Assembly: GCA_030704615.1 (NCBI GenBank)
Contig: CM060734.1
Span: 34,844,001 to 34,908,000, forward strand
Length of the DNA stretch: 64,000 nt
Reading direction: 5' to 3'
Source of the DNA: Takakia lepidozioides
Taxonomy: Eukaryota; Plantae; Bryophyta
The position numbers and the translations under genes were made by a program. The notes beneath the pieces are model-generated. The model saw only the letters and a program-made list of their open reading frames with translations, had not been told where the DNA came from and ran no database searches. This document shows, piece after piece, positions 12,399 to 25,918 of this stretch (positions are counted from its first letter, which is position 1; every line of letters starts with the position of its first letter).

Positions 12399-13841
12399 TA
12401 ACCATTGAACCTTATGTTAGATGTTTATATATCTAGATATATATATCCACCCATTCTGATCTAAATAAGACTTTGGAGCAAACACCACAGATAATGGGAA
12501 ATGACCAAAAACCAATGGCTTTACAAATTTATCTTTTCACCTTAGATTGAGAGAGCTGAGCAAGCAAAAAAGACAATCCTCTTTCTTGCATGGGTGGTTA
12601 ATCTGCATGTGTCGAGGTATGTCAAGGATGTGTGGGATTACCCAAAGGATCCAACAAGAACAAGAAAATTGGCAAGGATAGCATACTTAAAGTATTACGT
12701 TGTCCATTGGTTTTCATCGATTTAACCTATAGCACTTCAAAATCATGGTACTGGTATAAAGCACAAACAAAGTCAAAGCTCACCTTAATTTCAAATTTTT
12801 TTGAGGCACAACTGATTTTAAGATTATTTCCCACAGCAAATCCCTAATTTCGCGATGTGATGTTCTCCTTATCTGTTGCAGCTACAATGCGATCTTCTCC
12901 TTATCTCTTCCTGCTGCCAGTTGTTCTTCATTTTGTAGTTGACCTCCACCTGTCGGTACTCCCTAAATAAATGCGAAGCCAGGGTGACCGTGTGCATCAA
13001 CTGTACTGCGTTACTATAGATTGTTCGTTATGTTCCCCGGGCACGTGCCCTGTGCTCAAAGGAGATGACGATCATGAACGTGCAAGACTTGCGGTGCTCG
13101 ACGAGACCTCCTCGGACAACATCACGGGACCACGAGGGAGCGTGCAAATATTCTTGTCAGCTCGCCATGAATCCACTTCTGATAAGTTGGATGTTGGGGT
13201 TATAAAAAGCCCCAAGTGGGCTGAGTGAACAAATGGTTAAGATTGTCCCCAAGAAGAGAAACAAAATCTCATAGAGCTAGATATATTGACAGAAGGAAGT
13301 CAAAACTCTTCTAGTATCACCTATTGCCTAAAGGTCAGAAAGAAGACTCCGGCCGAAACCGGCGTAAGTAGGAGCCACCTCGCCTTACAGCTACTGCCCC
13401 CTTCTCGAGGGTGAGCCCTATATAGAAGGTCGGACAATAAGAAAGATGATGGGTCAAAAAGTGTGGGGAGGCGAGATGAAGCTGCCTTGGAAACCTCTTG
13501 CCCGACGCAATATAGATAGAGCTTGAGCCTTTTGTAAAACAACGTCAGAAACTCGTTGTGTAAAGAAAGCTATGAGAACAAAGACGTTTGGGCTTTCAAC
13601 CCTTTTGTTTTCCACTGCGCAGTGACACATGTGCGAAAAAGTTGTTGAATTGATGATGCAAACAACCGAAGATCTCGACTACAAAGGGAGGAATGTGTGG
13701 GGTGACATTTCAGATAGTCGCGCTCCTTTCCATGTACAGGCCAACACACGAGTGGGTTACCACAAGGCCACAGCCCTCTTGTGTAGTTTTACACACATAC
13801 ACAAAAATGCTACAAATAGTGAAAAAATAAAAATGGATGAA

Positions 13842-14052
13842 TCCCATAACCGGTACCATGGAACCGGCATTTTTTAAGATGGCATAACCGGTAGATTGAG
13901 AGCCGGACAAAAAAAAATTCATGTGCTTAATGAGATCTTGTACCCGAGATGTTTATGTTTTTCAAACCCTGCCCCGGCCATCCATTTTCTTCAAAGAGTA
14001 GGCCATAACCGGGACCGGAAGAGGCTCAAAACATGGTACCCGGCCAACACTG
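13842..14052. mobile_element. Solo right end of a hAT-like element
   Basis: Ends GGTACCCGGCCAACACTG, related to the CAGTGTTGG TIR of the hAT MITE at 57171-57923, and has repeated subterminal CATAACCGG motifs. No left TIR was found. Confidence 0.5.
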
Positions 14053-15004
14053 GTCACAACGTGAACCACGCTCTACTCCAAGGCCAGCGAAAGAGAAGTC
14101 TGGCTCGTTGTGTCCAAAGGAGCATTGGAAAGCATGCTGGAAAATTGATGTCGGTACACATGTTCCATGATGGTATCTTGTAAAGTGCTCCAGGTTCGAC
14201 ACCACTGGTTTTGTTCCACATTTCTTTTCTTAGGTTTAGAATTTCATACTTTAACGCTCATGGCCTTGCAAGAGGTTATTTTTTCCTTAACATACAATTG
14301 GATCAAAATGACTTACCCTCTCCTTAAAAAAAAACAGTTTAGTAATAGCATAAACTCACCCTACCGCGTCAGGAGTTAAGAAAGCATACAAAATCCACCC
14401 TTGTCTGAAAGGATGCAGCAAATATCCAACCTCTAAAAAAGCAGCCAATCAGTCATGTGCATCAGCCTTGTAAGACAGGTGAAAACCTAGCTGCTGTTGG
14501 GCCAATGATTGTACAAAAAGAAAGAAATACTAAAACTATCCCACCATTTTACAGGGATGAGGTGCATCACTTTCCGGAAGTGTTCATATGAAAAGAGAGA
14601 GTATTTGGATAGACTACCATCAAGAGGCTCAAAACCATGAAATTCTCTTTCAACATGAGGGCATGTTCCATGCTTTCAGCACCAGGAACAACTACAGTGC
14701 AAACAGGATGACAAGATCAAGTTTGTCTCCCAACACTTTAATTTGAGGCAAACACCGATAGACGTAACTCCCTTCCTCGGCTATTTACTGTCGCTCCCAG
14801 TACCTGTCATATCTGGAAACCCAACAATCACATATTTAAGAGATAACATGTACCAGAAGAAAACCTCCTCAACATTCTGCTCAGAACTGCCTAAACCAGG
14901 AATAACAAAATGAATCGAATCCTTTAGGTATGCAATGTAAGGGAAATTGTTTGCTTAGCTTTCTATCCAATAAGTACATAGAACCACTGTGCAATTTGGC
15001 ACAG

Positions 15005-18000
15005 TTAGTCACGCTTGCCTTGAGGTGCCGGTGCAATAGGGAATCGAGTTCCAAGCAGAGCAGCATGAAAAATGCGCTTCTCGTACAAACCTATGTCTGA
15101 CATAGTCAAATTTCCCTGTCCACAAGAATTTACCACAGACCCCAAAACGTACATTATAGCGAGAAAGGAAAAAACAAACATTATTAGTCCACAGAGGACC
15201 CAGAGGGCCATGCTCTCAGGTTGATCAACAGGAAACAGCAAAATCTGACCAACATCCCCTGAAGACAAAGTGAATATTGCAGATAAGCAGCCAGACATGC
15301 TGGTCCTGAACTGACCTCTGCCACAAACAGAGAGGGGTGGGGCGTATAGAGGGAAGGGGACAAGAAAACTCACCTCAGCAGCCATCAGAGTCCGAACATT
15401 GTTGGCATACAACTTAGGATCCGAGCACTCCTTGTCAGTTGGGCAATACACAGGTAAATGCACAACTTCAAGATAGTTTACAAACTGACACAACAGCAGA
15501 ACCAGATGTCGTGGCTGCACTATGCCACACCCAAGAACCCACAATTCCAATCATCAGAATATGTCGTCAAACCAGATGCAAATGCACTCTACATTGATTG
15601 TGCGAAGAGCCGCAACCAGAGCAGGAACTTAGCTCCATCGAACACATGATACACTTTGGGTGGAAAAGTCATTTACTATAGGAGGTTCTAGCCTGATCAG
15701 GACAAATGGTGTTCATTGCTTTCCATTTTACCCCTTTCTTTGTCTATGTCAATAACAGAGGATGCACATGGCATGGATATAGCCCCCATTGACAGCTATA
15801 ACATCCACAAACAGGTGCAAATACCACTCAAGGATAACTCGGTGAATATGGCAGCCCATTCGAAGTGCTGGATCTCAGGGCAGCTACATTTGCTGGTTGT
15901 ACTGCAGAGATTGGGTTGGACGTTACCAACCATGAAGCTGTCCCCATGCATATCCTGACCGACACAAGGAAGCCAACAATCTGACCCTAGGTAGCATATC
16001 AACACAGACTTTTCCTTACCATTATGCAGCTCTCACAGATAGAATATTGATCGATTCATCCCTCTAGATCCTTCTGTGCTATTGCTTCAGCTGATCTTTA
16101 CAGGGCTCAATAGACCTAATCCCAGAAACATCGTGCTATTTTTAAGAAGGTAATATGGTGGGCTTACTAGATAGTGAAAATGATCCAAGGGTAAACTCCA
16201 CTAGTAAACTCCACTGAAATTTTGAATGACAGAAGGAGGCCAAGTAGACCCAAGTACCATGAGCAGGCACACTGGGGTGCCTTATCTGACTACAGACACC
16301 CCTAACCTTTTGGCTGTGTCAGGAGACACACAAGGCATCTCTCCCTCTCTGTTAGAGATGTAATAAAATTTCTTTCTTCTTCTTTCTTGTCTTCCTCTTT
16401 GTCCTTGTGGGACATGCTGAAGCTTCTTTCTCTCTCCATCTCTCTGGGGTTAAGAGTGGGTGATGCCACCTTATGTTTGCGGATGACTTCGCAGGCATAG
16501 GGGAGACTACATCCAACCTTCAGAATTGCACAAAGAGATACTGTGACCTTTGGAGACTTGAGGCTAATGTCAGTAAATGCGCAGTGGTGGCATTCAACGA
16601 CCAAGGGGAGGGGGGAGGCGATCTCAAGTGGTAGTGGGGAAGCCAAAAGATTCTGGTCCTCCCTTCCTACACATACCTTGGCGTTGAGTTTTCCTCCAAC
16701 TGTAAATGGGATGCACATGTTCAAAAAGCTGTTCAATCTGGCAAGAGCAAAGCGTTGGGTCTCACTAAATTATTCCACAAAGCCCTAATTATTGTGCCTG
16801 CTCTCAAGAGGCTGCAGAGGGATCAACTCTGAAGTGTTAAACCATGCTTTTTGCCAGGTTATTAGGCCTGCCCTGGAGTGCGCATCTGCAGTATGGGTTG
16901 ATAACTCCAACCAGGTAAGTCTCTAGAATCCATTCAAGTGGGGGTGCTTAAGGAGTACATGTCAGCATGCTCCAAAACAGCCAATATGGCTGTTTGGGGT
17001 GAGTTTGGCATCCCTCCCTTAAGCTCCAGACGAGATGAATTCAAGCAGGATCGCCTGTCAATTAGGCTAGAGAATAGAAGAGAATCTCAAGGATCTGAAT
17101 CTAAGTCCGCAAGCCTTGACCCCGCTGGATAAATCTGACTTAAGAGGCTGTAGTGTCCAAAGCCATGTCTGTTGCCAGAAAATTGTCTAATGAAAATGAA
17201 GTTACGCAGAAAAGTTCCCTGAACTTGTTTCCAGTCTGTGACATGAGAGAGGCCATCAGGATGACCTCAAGGGTTTACCCACCTTGTGGCTGTACCTCTG
17301 TTTACCAACTTTGAAGTCTCGAGGCTGAGCCAAATGCCCAGGCCCTTCTGGGGCCTAGTTATTGGGCAAACCACACACAGCATATTGATGCTTGTGTAAA
17401 GGGATTTCTAGAGGATATCTGGAAAACTCTGATCAATTGTCTGTTCCAAGGTAAGTCATACTACCGGTGTCAGCCCCTGACAAAGGTAGTTTCTGTCCCT
17501 TGTGTTCCACTCAAACTGAGTGCGGGGTCAATGTCCACAAGGCTACGGCTTATGAGTACATTCTCTCCATCTCTCAGCCACACAATCAGATCCATCAACT
17601 CGGAAGGGAACAAGAACCTCACCCCAGATATGGTGTCCCAGGCCGGGCTGAAGCGTTTGTATAGATACTTTAATATCACTGGTTTTACTGGTGTCCTGGC
17701 CAAAAAGGCTCCTGTCTTGAAAGGCAACAAATAGTCTCCATTTGTAGTCGTGCCCTCTGTCCAACAGGAGAATCCAAAATTCATCTCAAAAACATACATA
17801 CATTTTGAAAATAGCCTTATTTGACAACTGGTAAAATATCATAAAACTGCAAGTTATGAGAAGCTGCAAACATTCCAGTTTCACTATATCAATTACAGAG
17901 GCTCACGCCCTGCACCTTGCATATCTTTTTGTCTGGTGAGTGCACAACTCACTTTCAACTAGGCAGGGAGATTCCCATACATGCCTAATGCAGTAGAATC

Positions 18001-20488
18001 CCAGTGTAGATGAGACCAGGAAATTAGAAAGCATGAACGAGAAGAAATCACCCTGATCAACAGGACCAACTGAACTCTTAAGGAACAACCCTCCTGGGTA
18101 GAGGCAAAACTCCTCTTCCCCAAACAGGCTACCTTGAGAGAGTTAAGAGTCCATTTGAACCAGATTGAGCCACATGGCATTATAAAATGTTTTCTCCAAA
18201 GTGCTTTGGCATCCATGAACGCTACATGAAATGAAACAGCTAACAAGGAGCAGCAAAGCAAGAACCTGGAAATAAAAGAAGCGCTGGAGCAGCTGGGTCA
18301 TGGTGCGCTGCTTGTAACCGTTCATTGACCACCCCTATATCTCCCAATTTAACAACAATTGAAGCTCATCAACAAATCATTCATATAGAGAGAGAACCTC
18401 GTACACCTACATGCATAGATAGATCATAAATGCACAAAGCATGTAACCAAGCCTATAAATTGATGAATCGTGTACCCCAAGCCTGAGTGAGATGACATCC
18501 TCACCGGACACCCCTTTGAAGTCAGATGACCTAGATTCACGTTGCACATATACACATCCGAGGCATTTACTGCACACCATACAGCGCCCCATCCTATTGT
18601 TACTCTGAAACCAGTGATCAAGCCATCTCAAACCAAGACTCCCCCTGATTTCTAGTCAGCAGAGCAATGAGCCACCTACTAGCACCAGACAACTTCACTT
18701 CTCCGACTTTGTCAAATATCGCATCCAATCTTATGGTTAATTGACAGATGGCATGACCTCCACAACCATGAACCTTGCATGGGAGCAAGCCTGCCAGTAA
18801 ATGCTACCATAACAAATGCCAGACCTGCAGACAACTCTATCAGAGCCTGCAGGCTACTGCCATGTAGATAACTTGAGACCCTTCAGTGTTAATCATTAGG
18901 TGTAGTAGCAATTGGAAGCCTTGCTCATGACAAAGTTCTCTCTAAGACTGAGCCACAGAAAACTTTCCATCCAGAGCACACAGATCAGGTCCAAGGAAAT
19001 CCAGAAGACAAATCCTGCAGCCATGGGCAATGGAGATGAGTGACACCTGATCAAGCCCACCAAAGGGAGCCTGGCCACTGATCTCTTTCCAAATGCGCAC
19101 ATTGAGTACCATGATTGTCACACACACATACAACAAACCCAAAGGTTAGAGTCCTAACTGTGTATAACAGGGAACCACATAGACCCCGCTTATCACTTGA
19201 TCCCAGACAAATAAAACACGGGGTAACTGAATGCAATGATAGAGATGGTCAAAGTGCAGTCTCCATAAAGGCTCCAGCATCAAACCCCCACCATTTACCC
19301 TCCTTTCCCCATTTCAAAGCTAGGACCGACAAGGGAATGAAGCTTACCTTCGCCACAAAGCTGGGAAATGACGCAGACATTTGGTACAAAATGTCCAAGT
19401 AGGAGATGTGGTTGGACACTATAGCACCTGGCCTCAGCATATCCTCAGTTGCTTCCACATTATCCTGACAGTGCCAAATCAAGTTGCTCCACTTTAGTAA
19501 ACCCTTTGTGGCTGCTGGTGCCACAGTGATTGGACTACATATTGCACTACCACTTTTTAGGGTCCAGATGCCATTTGAGTTGTAGGGAATAATTATAACA
19601 CGAGCCCTCAATATCTGTGGAACACGGGTTGATATCCTGCAAAACTTTGTACTACATGTGAAAAAGTAGAGTAGCAAAAGTATACAACCCGACACTCACT
19701 CTTCCAGCGGGATCTCCCAAACCGAGGTGTAGATGATTCATGCGATCAGCCGTTCGATAGAACACAGGGATGTGGTAAAAGCCAAGAACAAACAGCATTG
19801 ACCTGGAAAGAAAGCGGCCAGACCGCACAATTATGCTACGCCGCGCCCCTGTCAAGTGCGAAAAGCTCTTCTCGCCTTCTTCCTCATCGGATGCCGCGAT
19901 AACTCGGAGGGTGCACACCTTACAGATGAGGTAGAAAAGGACCAGAATTGAAAACAGTAAACACACCCTGATGGGACATAAGGTGACAAGAGCCAAGAAG
20001 AGCTTCGCTTTTTCCCACAGTGACACTGTCCGTGTGCCCCAGTTTCCATACATATCATGTCTCAAGTATGCAGCATACTTGACTTCCATCTCTTCCAGAC
20101 TATCTGACGACACAAGATTTTCATTCTTCCGGCTCTCCTTACCTCCATCCGTATCTGACGAAGAAGGCATCTCTCTGAATTCAACATCACCAGTCCGTCT
20201 TTTAGACAACAGTGGTGCGGTATCCTCTCCGCCATCGGCCAATCCGTCCAATGCCTCAAACCGCTCCACAGGGAAAGAGGCATCGTCTCTCTCACGCTTT
20301 CTACCATCAATAATGACGCTCTCCTTGACATCTGAATTTTTCACCACCCGCTGTATCTCGCCGTGCCCATTGTCCTCCTCTTGACCTAGCACCAACAAAG
20401 GCGCCTCGTCCCCCTCTCTCTCTTTAGATGCTTCGGCCCCGGGCTCCTCAGATGCAGACAACTCGACCTCCTTCAACGGTCTCCCCAT
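15005..20488 (-). CDS. LPEAT1: Lysophospholipid acyltransferase LPEAT1-like, 8 coding exons
   Basis: Exons 20488-19700, 19464-19348, 19084-19047, 18569-18505, 18334-18266, 17756-17623, 15514-15374 and 15115-15005, all GT-AG and phase-consistent. Acyltransferase motifs VSNHISYLD, PSFVAKRSV, LFPEGTTTNGDYLLPFKTGAF and FSPAWDTISG. No EF-hands. Confidence 0.92.
16740..17100 (+). mobile_element. Non-LTR retrotransposon post-RT fragment (RTEX/I-like) in LPEAT intron 6
   Basis: Translates FCQVIRPALECASAVW and LESIQVGVLKEYMSACSKTANMAVWGEFGIPPLSSRR, typical post-RT motifs of non-L1 LINEs. Confidence 0.7.
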
Positions 20489-20541
20489 CCTCAATCCCTG
20501 CAATCTGACACTAGTGAGTCTGGATCTGGTCTTCAAACTTC

Positions 20542-20733
20542 AAACCCTAACGATCCCCAGAAGGAATGATCATCTCAAAACACCCAAAGAGGATCCTACT
20601 GTCACTGTGTAACCCTAAATTAGAGTCTTGGCGGAGAGTCGGGGACGGAACTTAAGCCCTAATAAAGGCCTACACTTTTCTTATCTGGCCACCTTTGTAA
20701 CTCTTAACTGCCTATGGAGCCTCATTAGGGTTT
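20542..20733. promoter_or_regulatory. Telo-box-like motifs upstream of the LPEAT start
   Basis: AAACCCTAA at 20542, AACCCTAAA at 20611 and TTAGGGTTT at 20725, all within 250 bp upstream of the ATG. Confidence 0.4.
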
Positions 20734-21316
20734 CAATGGTTGAAGTTATTTACTTACAACTTTTGCAGATTTCAAGGAATTGAAGAAGTTCCTTCTGCAA
20801 CAGGAGGCCTCGGTGATGAGAGAGACGTAGGGGATGGAAGGAATGGGGTGTCAGCTGTTCTCCAAGTGCACGGTCACGAGCGAGTCGACCCCTGCGATGG
20901 CGTGTGTCTTCCTGCGTTTTGCAAGTTTCTCAGGGCGCGGGGGGAAGCGGGCGCCAACGTGCGAACTACCTGCCTGCACGCATCATGCGCTTGTCTCATG
21001 TATCCTCGGCTTGCATTGTGCGTCGTAAATGTTCGTTTGTGCAGCGAAGGTCCCCTTGTCTCTACCTACAGGGGCGTTTAGGGATGGCGGTCAGATTCTC
21101 TTGTTCTGTAGCGCCCGTTTGTCATGATTCTCCGCCTCTACAAGAGATGTGAATTGATTGGGGAAATTCTATGATAGAGCATGCTTTGTTTGACAGTAAA
21201 GAATCCAACTCAGAGGACAGCCAAATCTATTCTATGCAACACAAAGAGTCCACCCCGATTCTCAGAGCCCGGAGACACCTTTTCTTTACTTGTACACCAT
21301 ACCTTCACGACTAGAC

Positions 21317-22751
21317 CAGTGTTGGACTGATATCACAAAAATATGATACCAGACTGGCCCCGGTATCACACACACCGTTGTGAGTGTAGAAGGAGCCAGT
21401 CACTCTATGTGTAGGGTTGTCCACGATCCTTGCCAGAGACCAAGCCCCATAAGACCACTTAAACACTACTGTGTAATATCGACCAAAACTGTCTATTGGG
21501 GACAGACCAAAAGGTGTTAACTAAAACGAAAATGTAACGACAGTAAAGCCCATTGACTTTTGAGGTGGGTTGCGCGATCTATTTATCTATAATTCAGCTT
21601 GGAGGCCCTCGTGGAGGGCTTGATGTGTTTCCAGTTCACCTCTCGTTCGAACTCAAGGGACAGAGTGCACGGGGACACGGTGGTTGCGTCATGCTGCTGG
21701 AGGGCCTCTTGCGATGGGCTGAAGCAGATGAGGCCCTAGAGCCCCCAGGAGTTTTAAGAAAAAAAAAAAAAAAACCTTCACACTGAATCACATGGTTATT
21801 ATTATTACTATCATTATCCCTATTATTATTATTTTTAAAAATCACTATGATCACTATCACTATTGGAAGATAATAGGAATAATGTAAGAATTTAATGCAC
21901 ACGTGCAACCTCTGACAGGACGGTACGCCGGCAAGTCAAATCTTCCCCACCCTCTCTTGAGAGTGACATGGATCTGAAGGTCGAGTCGGGGTTACACTGG
22001 GTTACACGACGAGGCGTGTAACTCCACTCGGGGTTACACAGAATGGAGTGTAACTCCTCTCGGTGTAACTCACACTTGGTCTCGAAATTTGATTAAGTCC
22101 AAATTTGGTTAAGTATAAAATGGATTAACCACAGTTACATGAGAAACTGGGGTTATAGAGGGTTACACTGATTGGAGGGTTACACTACCGGGATTACACC
22201 AACCAGGGTCGCCTCACATCAAGAATCGACCCTGAATCTCGCCACCTGCAACGCTATCACCATACCCCCCGGCTACCCACCACAACTTGCAACCCACTAG
22301 GATTCTTAAGTATTTAATAGTGAAACCGAGGTAAGAGGGGGTGGGGAGGATTTGACAGGGGCCCCGCCAGGGGAGCCAGGCTGCCTGAATCCGACAAAAG
22401 TACCGTCAGATCGCACGCGTCCATTAAGTTCTTACATTATTCCTATTGTCTTCCATCCCGTGATTACTATTATTATTATTATCACTATTATTATTACTAT
22501 TACTATCACTATTATTACTGTGCCGTTTAGAGGCTACATCGCAAGTATACTAGTATGAACAGCAATCTCGTCCATCGCAATACTAGCTGGGTATGGTATA
22601 TACTGCAATATGGAGCGAGGTATGTATCGCCCTCAGTATGGTATTGCCCAGGGTATTGGCCACCCTACCTACGAGCCGAGTATGGTCTTATCTACCCGGG
22701 TTGATATCAGTATTGATACCCGGTTTGGACCTATGTACCAGTCCAACACTG
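21317..22751. mobile_element. Possible hAT-family non-autonomous element containing a nested MITE
   Basis: Inverted termini CAGTGTTGGACTG at 21317 and CAGTCCAACACTG ending 22751, the same TIR family as 57171-57923. The 8-bp flanks GACTAGAC / GTCTCCAC match only 5/8. Confidence 0.45.
21864..22455. mobile_element. Mutator-like MITE with long imperfect TIRs
   Basis: TGGAAGATAATAGGAATAATGTAAGAATTTAATG... at 21864 pairs with ...CATTAAGTTCTTACATTATTCCTATTGTCTTCCA ending 22455, with subterminal similarity to about 100 bp. About 10 internal GGTTACAC/GTGTAAC motifs; flanked by ATT-rich low-complexity DNA. No clear TSD. Confidence 0.65.
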
Positions 22752-25731
22752 GTCTCCACAGTTTGTCTTTGAAGGCCCAGGTACTCAGCTTATACCTTCC
22801 CCATGCACATCACAGATTAGGTAGCAGGTGAGACCAGCCTTGCCACCCTACATAGTAAGGCGTCCTAAATATGGGCCCATATTGTGGACGCCTTGCCATT
22901 TGTCAGACCCTGTTTTGGTGTCGGCCTCATATTATTCTCTTAAAATTTTCTCTTAATTAACTCAGAGGTAGGTAGACTTGTTTTTTACTACAAGACACAA
23001 ATAGCCAGCTGCACTCAGACGATGGCAAAGATAGACATACACCACCTGTACTACTGAAAATGAGTGTTAAGTAGCCATGCTTATCTCAATCGCTACTGTG
23101 CATGGTGTAGAGCCACCCCTCCCTCTTTGGAAATCAATGAGCTCTTGGGAACTCAACGAAATCAGAATATGGTTTCATAAGTAGCATCCCCGACTCAATA
23201 TTTGCCACTGATTAAAACAAAATAAAAACCAATGCTCATGCAAGATGGAGTCATCTTTGAGGCCTAGAGAGGGGGATGAAAAAACCCGTTGAGCAGACTG
23301 GGAAAAAACCCCTTTCGGGCCTTATTACACTATTTTCCTTTACCAAAGGACACTTTGTTGGTGGTAGTGTACCAAATAGTGAAGGGACTGCAAATGTGTT
23401 TGATCCCGTATTCCTCCGCGCGGCGCCCCGCCCTGGGAGCCTGATGCAAGGCCCGCGCTTCCGTCATGTTGGTCCTTCCCACATTTCCAAGTGGCACAAG
23501 GCCGTGCTACATGCAGGCCACTTTGTTCCGCTCATGCCCAGTTTTCTCGACTCGTGCCCATTTTATTGGACTTAACGGATAGGCTCAAACTGTCCACCAA
23601 AGCCGCATGTGCGGATGGATCAGAGGGTCAAAGAGGGCGGGACTTAAGGGAGAACTTTAATATCTGACTATTGATGCCTAATGCTGATTATTACCATAAT
23701 GCCCGCAACTCTCTTCCCTGCAACTGTCCACTGCAACTATTTGGACATATTTCAATGACTCCACATCTTTGCCAATTCACCCACAAATATTGAATTGGAA
23801 CATCACCATGTACTACATACAATTCACATATTGCCATGATCGATACCTCGAACAATAATATAACTCTACATGAGAAAAATTTCCTTAATTCTTGCACTAA
23901 AAAATTGGCCTTTATCAATCATCACAATTGGATGGCATCCATGCCCACAAACCTTCACACACTTCATAATAATCGAATTGAACCCCCTAAATACACAATC
24001 ACATTGATTTATCTTAAAGCAATACATGTAGGCGGTCTGTCTGGCATTGTTCATCATGCATGTTTCATCCATAAATGAAAAGGGGTTAATTCTCTCCGCC
24101 CTCTTGATCAAGGGCTTGAATTGTGGGATGTCGCTCCTAGGTTTCATCTTTTAAAAAAAACAAACAAACAAACAAACAAACAACAACAACAATAACATCA
24201 TGTAATATGCTCCTTCACTTATTGTGATCAGAAATAAGAGTAAGCTAGAAAACTAACACCCCACAATGTAAAATATATTTAACGATAAAGAAAGAAAGAT
24301 GATTCCCCATAAGAAGCAAAAATTATGTAGTGTTAAGTACTTCATCCCGAAGGATTACAGCCTTCATGTATGGAGTTCAAGTAAAGTAGGAGAAAAATCT
24401 TTGGGCTTTGAATAAAACCTCTGTGTGATTTGAGAATCGGGGTGGTATCTATATGTTTCATAGAATTGAATTGGCTGCCCTCTACATTGGATTCTTGACT
24501 CTCATCAAAACATGTTTTATCAAAGTGTTTCCCCAATCAATTAACCTATATTTGTAGAGACGGATAATCATAGTTGGAAGAGACGTAATGGAATTTTGTT
24601 TTGAACTAGAATCTATGGAATTTATATGGTGAATTATAGGTATGTATTATGAGAGCATGGTGAAAAGTGTGTCACGGCCCTTTGCCTTTAGGGCAGGGGT
24701 CGGGACACGTGAAGGCTATCCTTTTGGTGAAGACAACGACAACAGTAAGAGTGGGGGCTAAACAACCCTTGAGTCTGAGAGTTTTGTGAGCATGAAATAA
24801 AGCATTTATGCACATCTGAAGACTTTCAAAAAGCCAGATATACAAGAAAGTGAGATTGGTCAATATAGCATGCCAATAGAAGAATGATGTCCCGGGACTC
24901 GGAAGAGTTAGAGTTTTTTTTTATTCTTGATGAGGTTCATGCAGAGATGCTAACATTTGAACGTATGGTACTGGAACGAGAGTAACTATTGAGGAATCAA
25001 CAATTGATAGCTGAGTTCAAATATCATTGTAGTATGTTTGGAAAGTATGTCAGAAAGGAGTTTGACGTATTATCCAGAATTTCCAAGTCACAAAATTCAG
25101 CGTAGAGAAAGTTCGAGCAACACTAGTGATTTACCATATACAAGGTTTGTAAACAACACAAAGACCGAAAAGAAGTTACGGGCCCTGCTTTTTAAAGGAT
25201 GTCAATGAGACTCAATTGTTATCGTGGTTCAAGCTCAATTGGGCAGCCCTGTTAGGTACCTAACATTTGGCGGAAAAGATTGCACACGCAACAAATGTGC
25301 TAGCCCTATTGGCGCTGAACTAACAAACACTCAATACACACAATACATTCCATGAATGTTGTCAGACACTTTGTAGCTGCATTCCTTGAGTTGATTTTGT
25401 AAAACTGGATCACATGGATAGTGGAAAAATGCATACTATTGTAGGCAGTCCGAAGAGCTCCCCACGCTTGGTCACCTCAATGTTCTACTAGCTTTAGGTC
25501 ACTCAACAAACTTTCACCGTTTATCAGATTTTCTACCTCCTACATATATTTTGTAGGTGTCGTGGGGTCTCACGAGTGCTCGTTTTTCTGCTATTTTGAG
25601 TTTGGCCCCCTATTTATTTCGCTTGTACTTTGTGGGCCGCTTCATAGTAGCTCACCTTTTTTTTGACCAAAGTGGCCGAACTCACCTTGTATCCCCTAGA
25701 CTTGACGATAACTTTATTATCCCATGTTATT

Positions 25732-25918
25732 GACAACCAGCACGTAGCCCAGTGGTAATGGGCACATACCACGTTGGATGTGGTTGTGGGTTCAAACCAC
25801 GGCCTAGTGTGTCATGAAGGTGTCCACCTTTCAGCTGGAAGGAAGTAGCCCTTGTGGTGAAGTGACACCATAAGTTACGCTCCCTTCGGGAGGCGTCATA
25901 CTTTTGTTTTTCCCAGGT
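25732..25918 (+). mobile_element. tRNA-derived SINE-like element
   Basis: Pol III A box TAGCCCAGTGG (25745-25755) and B box GGTTCAAACC (25789-25798), a non-tRNA body, a 3' cUUCGg hairpin and a T-rich tail. Candidate TSD TGTTATT at 25725 and 25919. Confidence 0.65.

Noticed and set aside
24670-25500. LTR-like start TGTCACGGCCC and possible transposase remnants
   Set aside because: No matching terminus, TSD, PBS or recognisable protein motifs were found.
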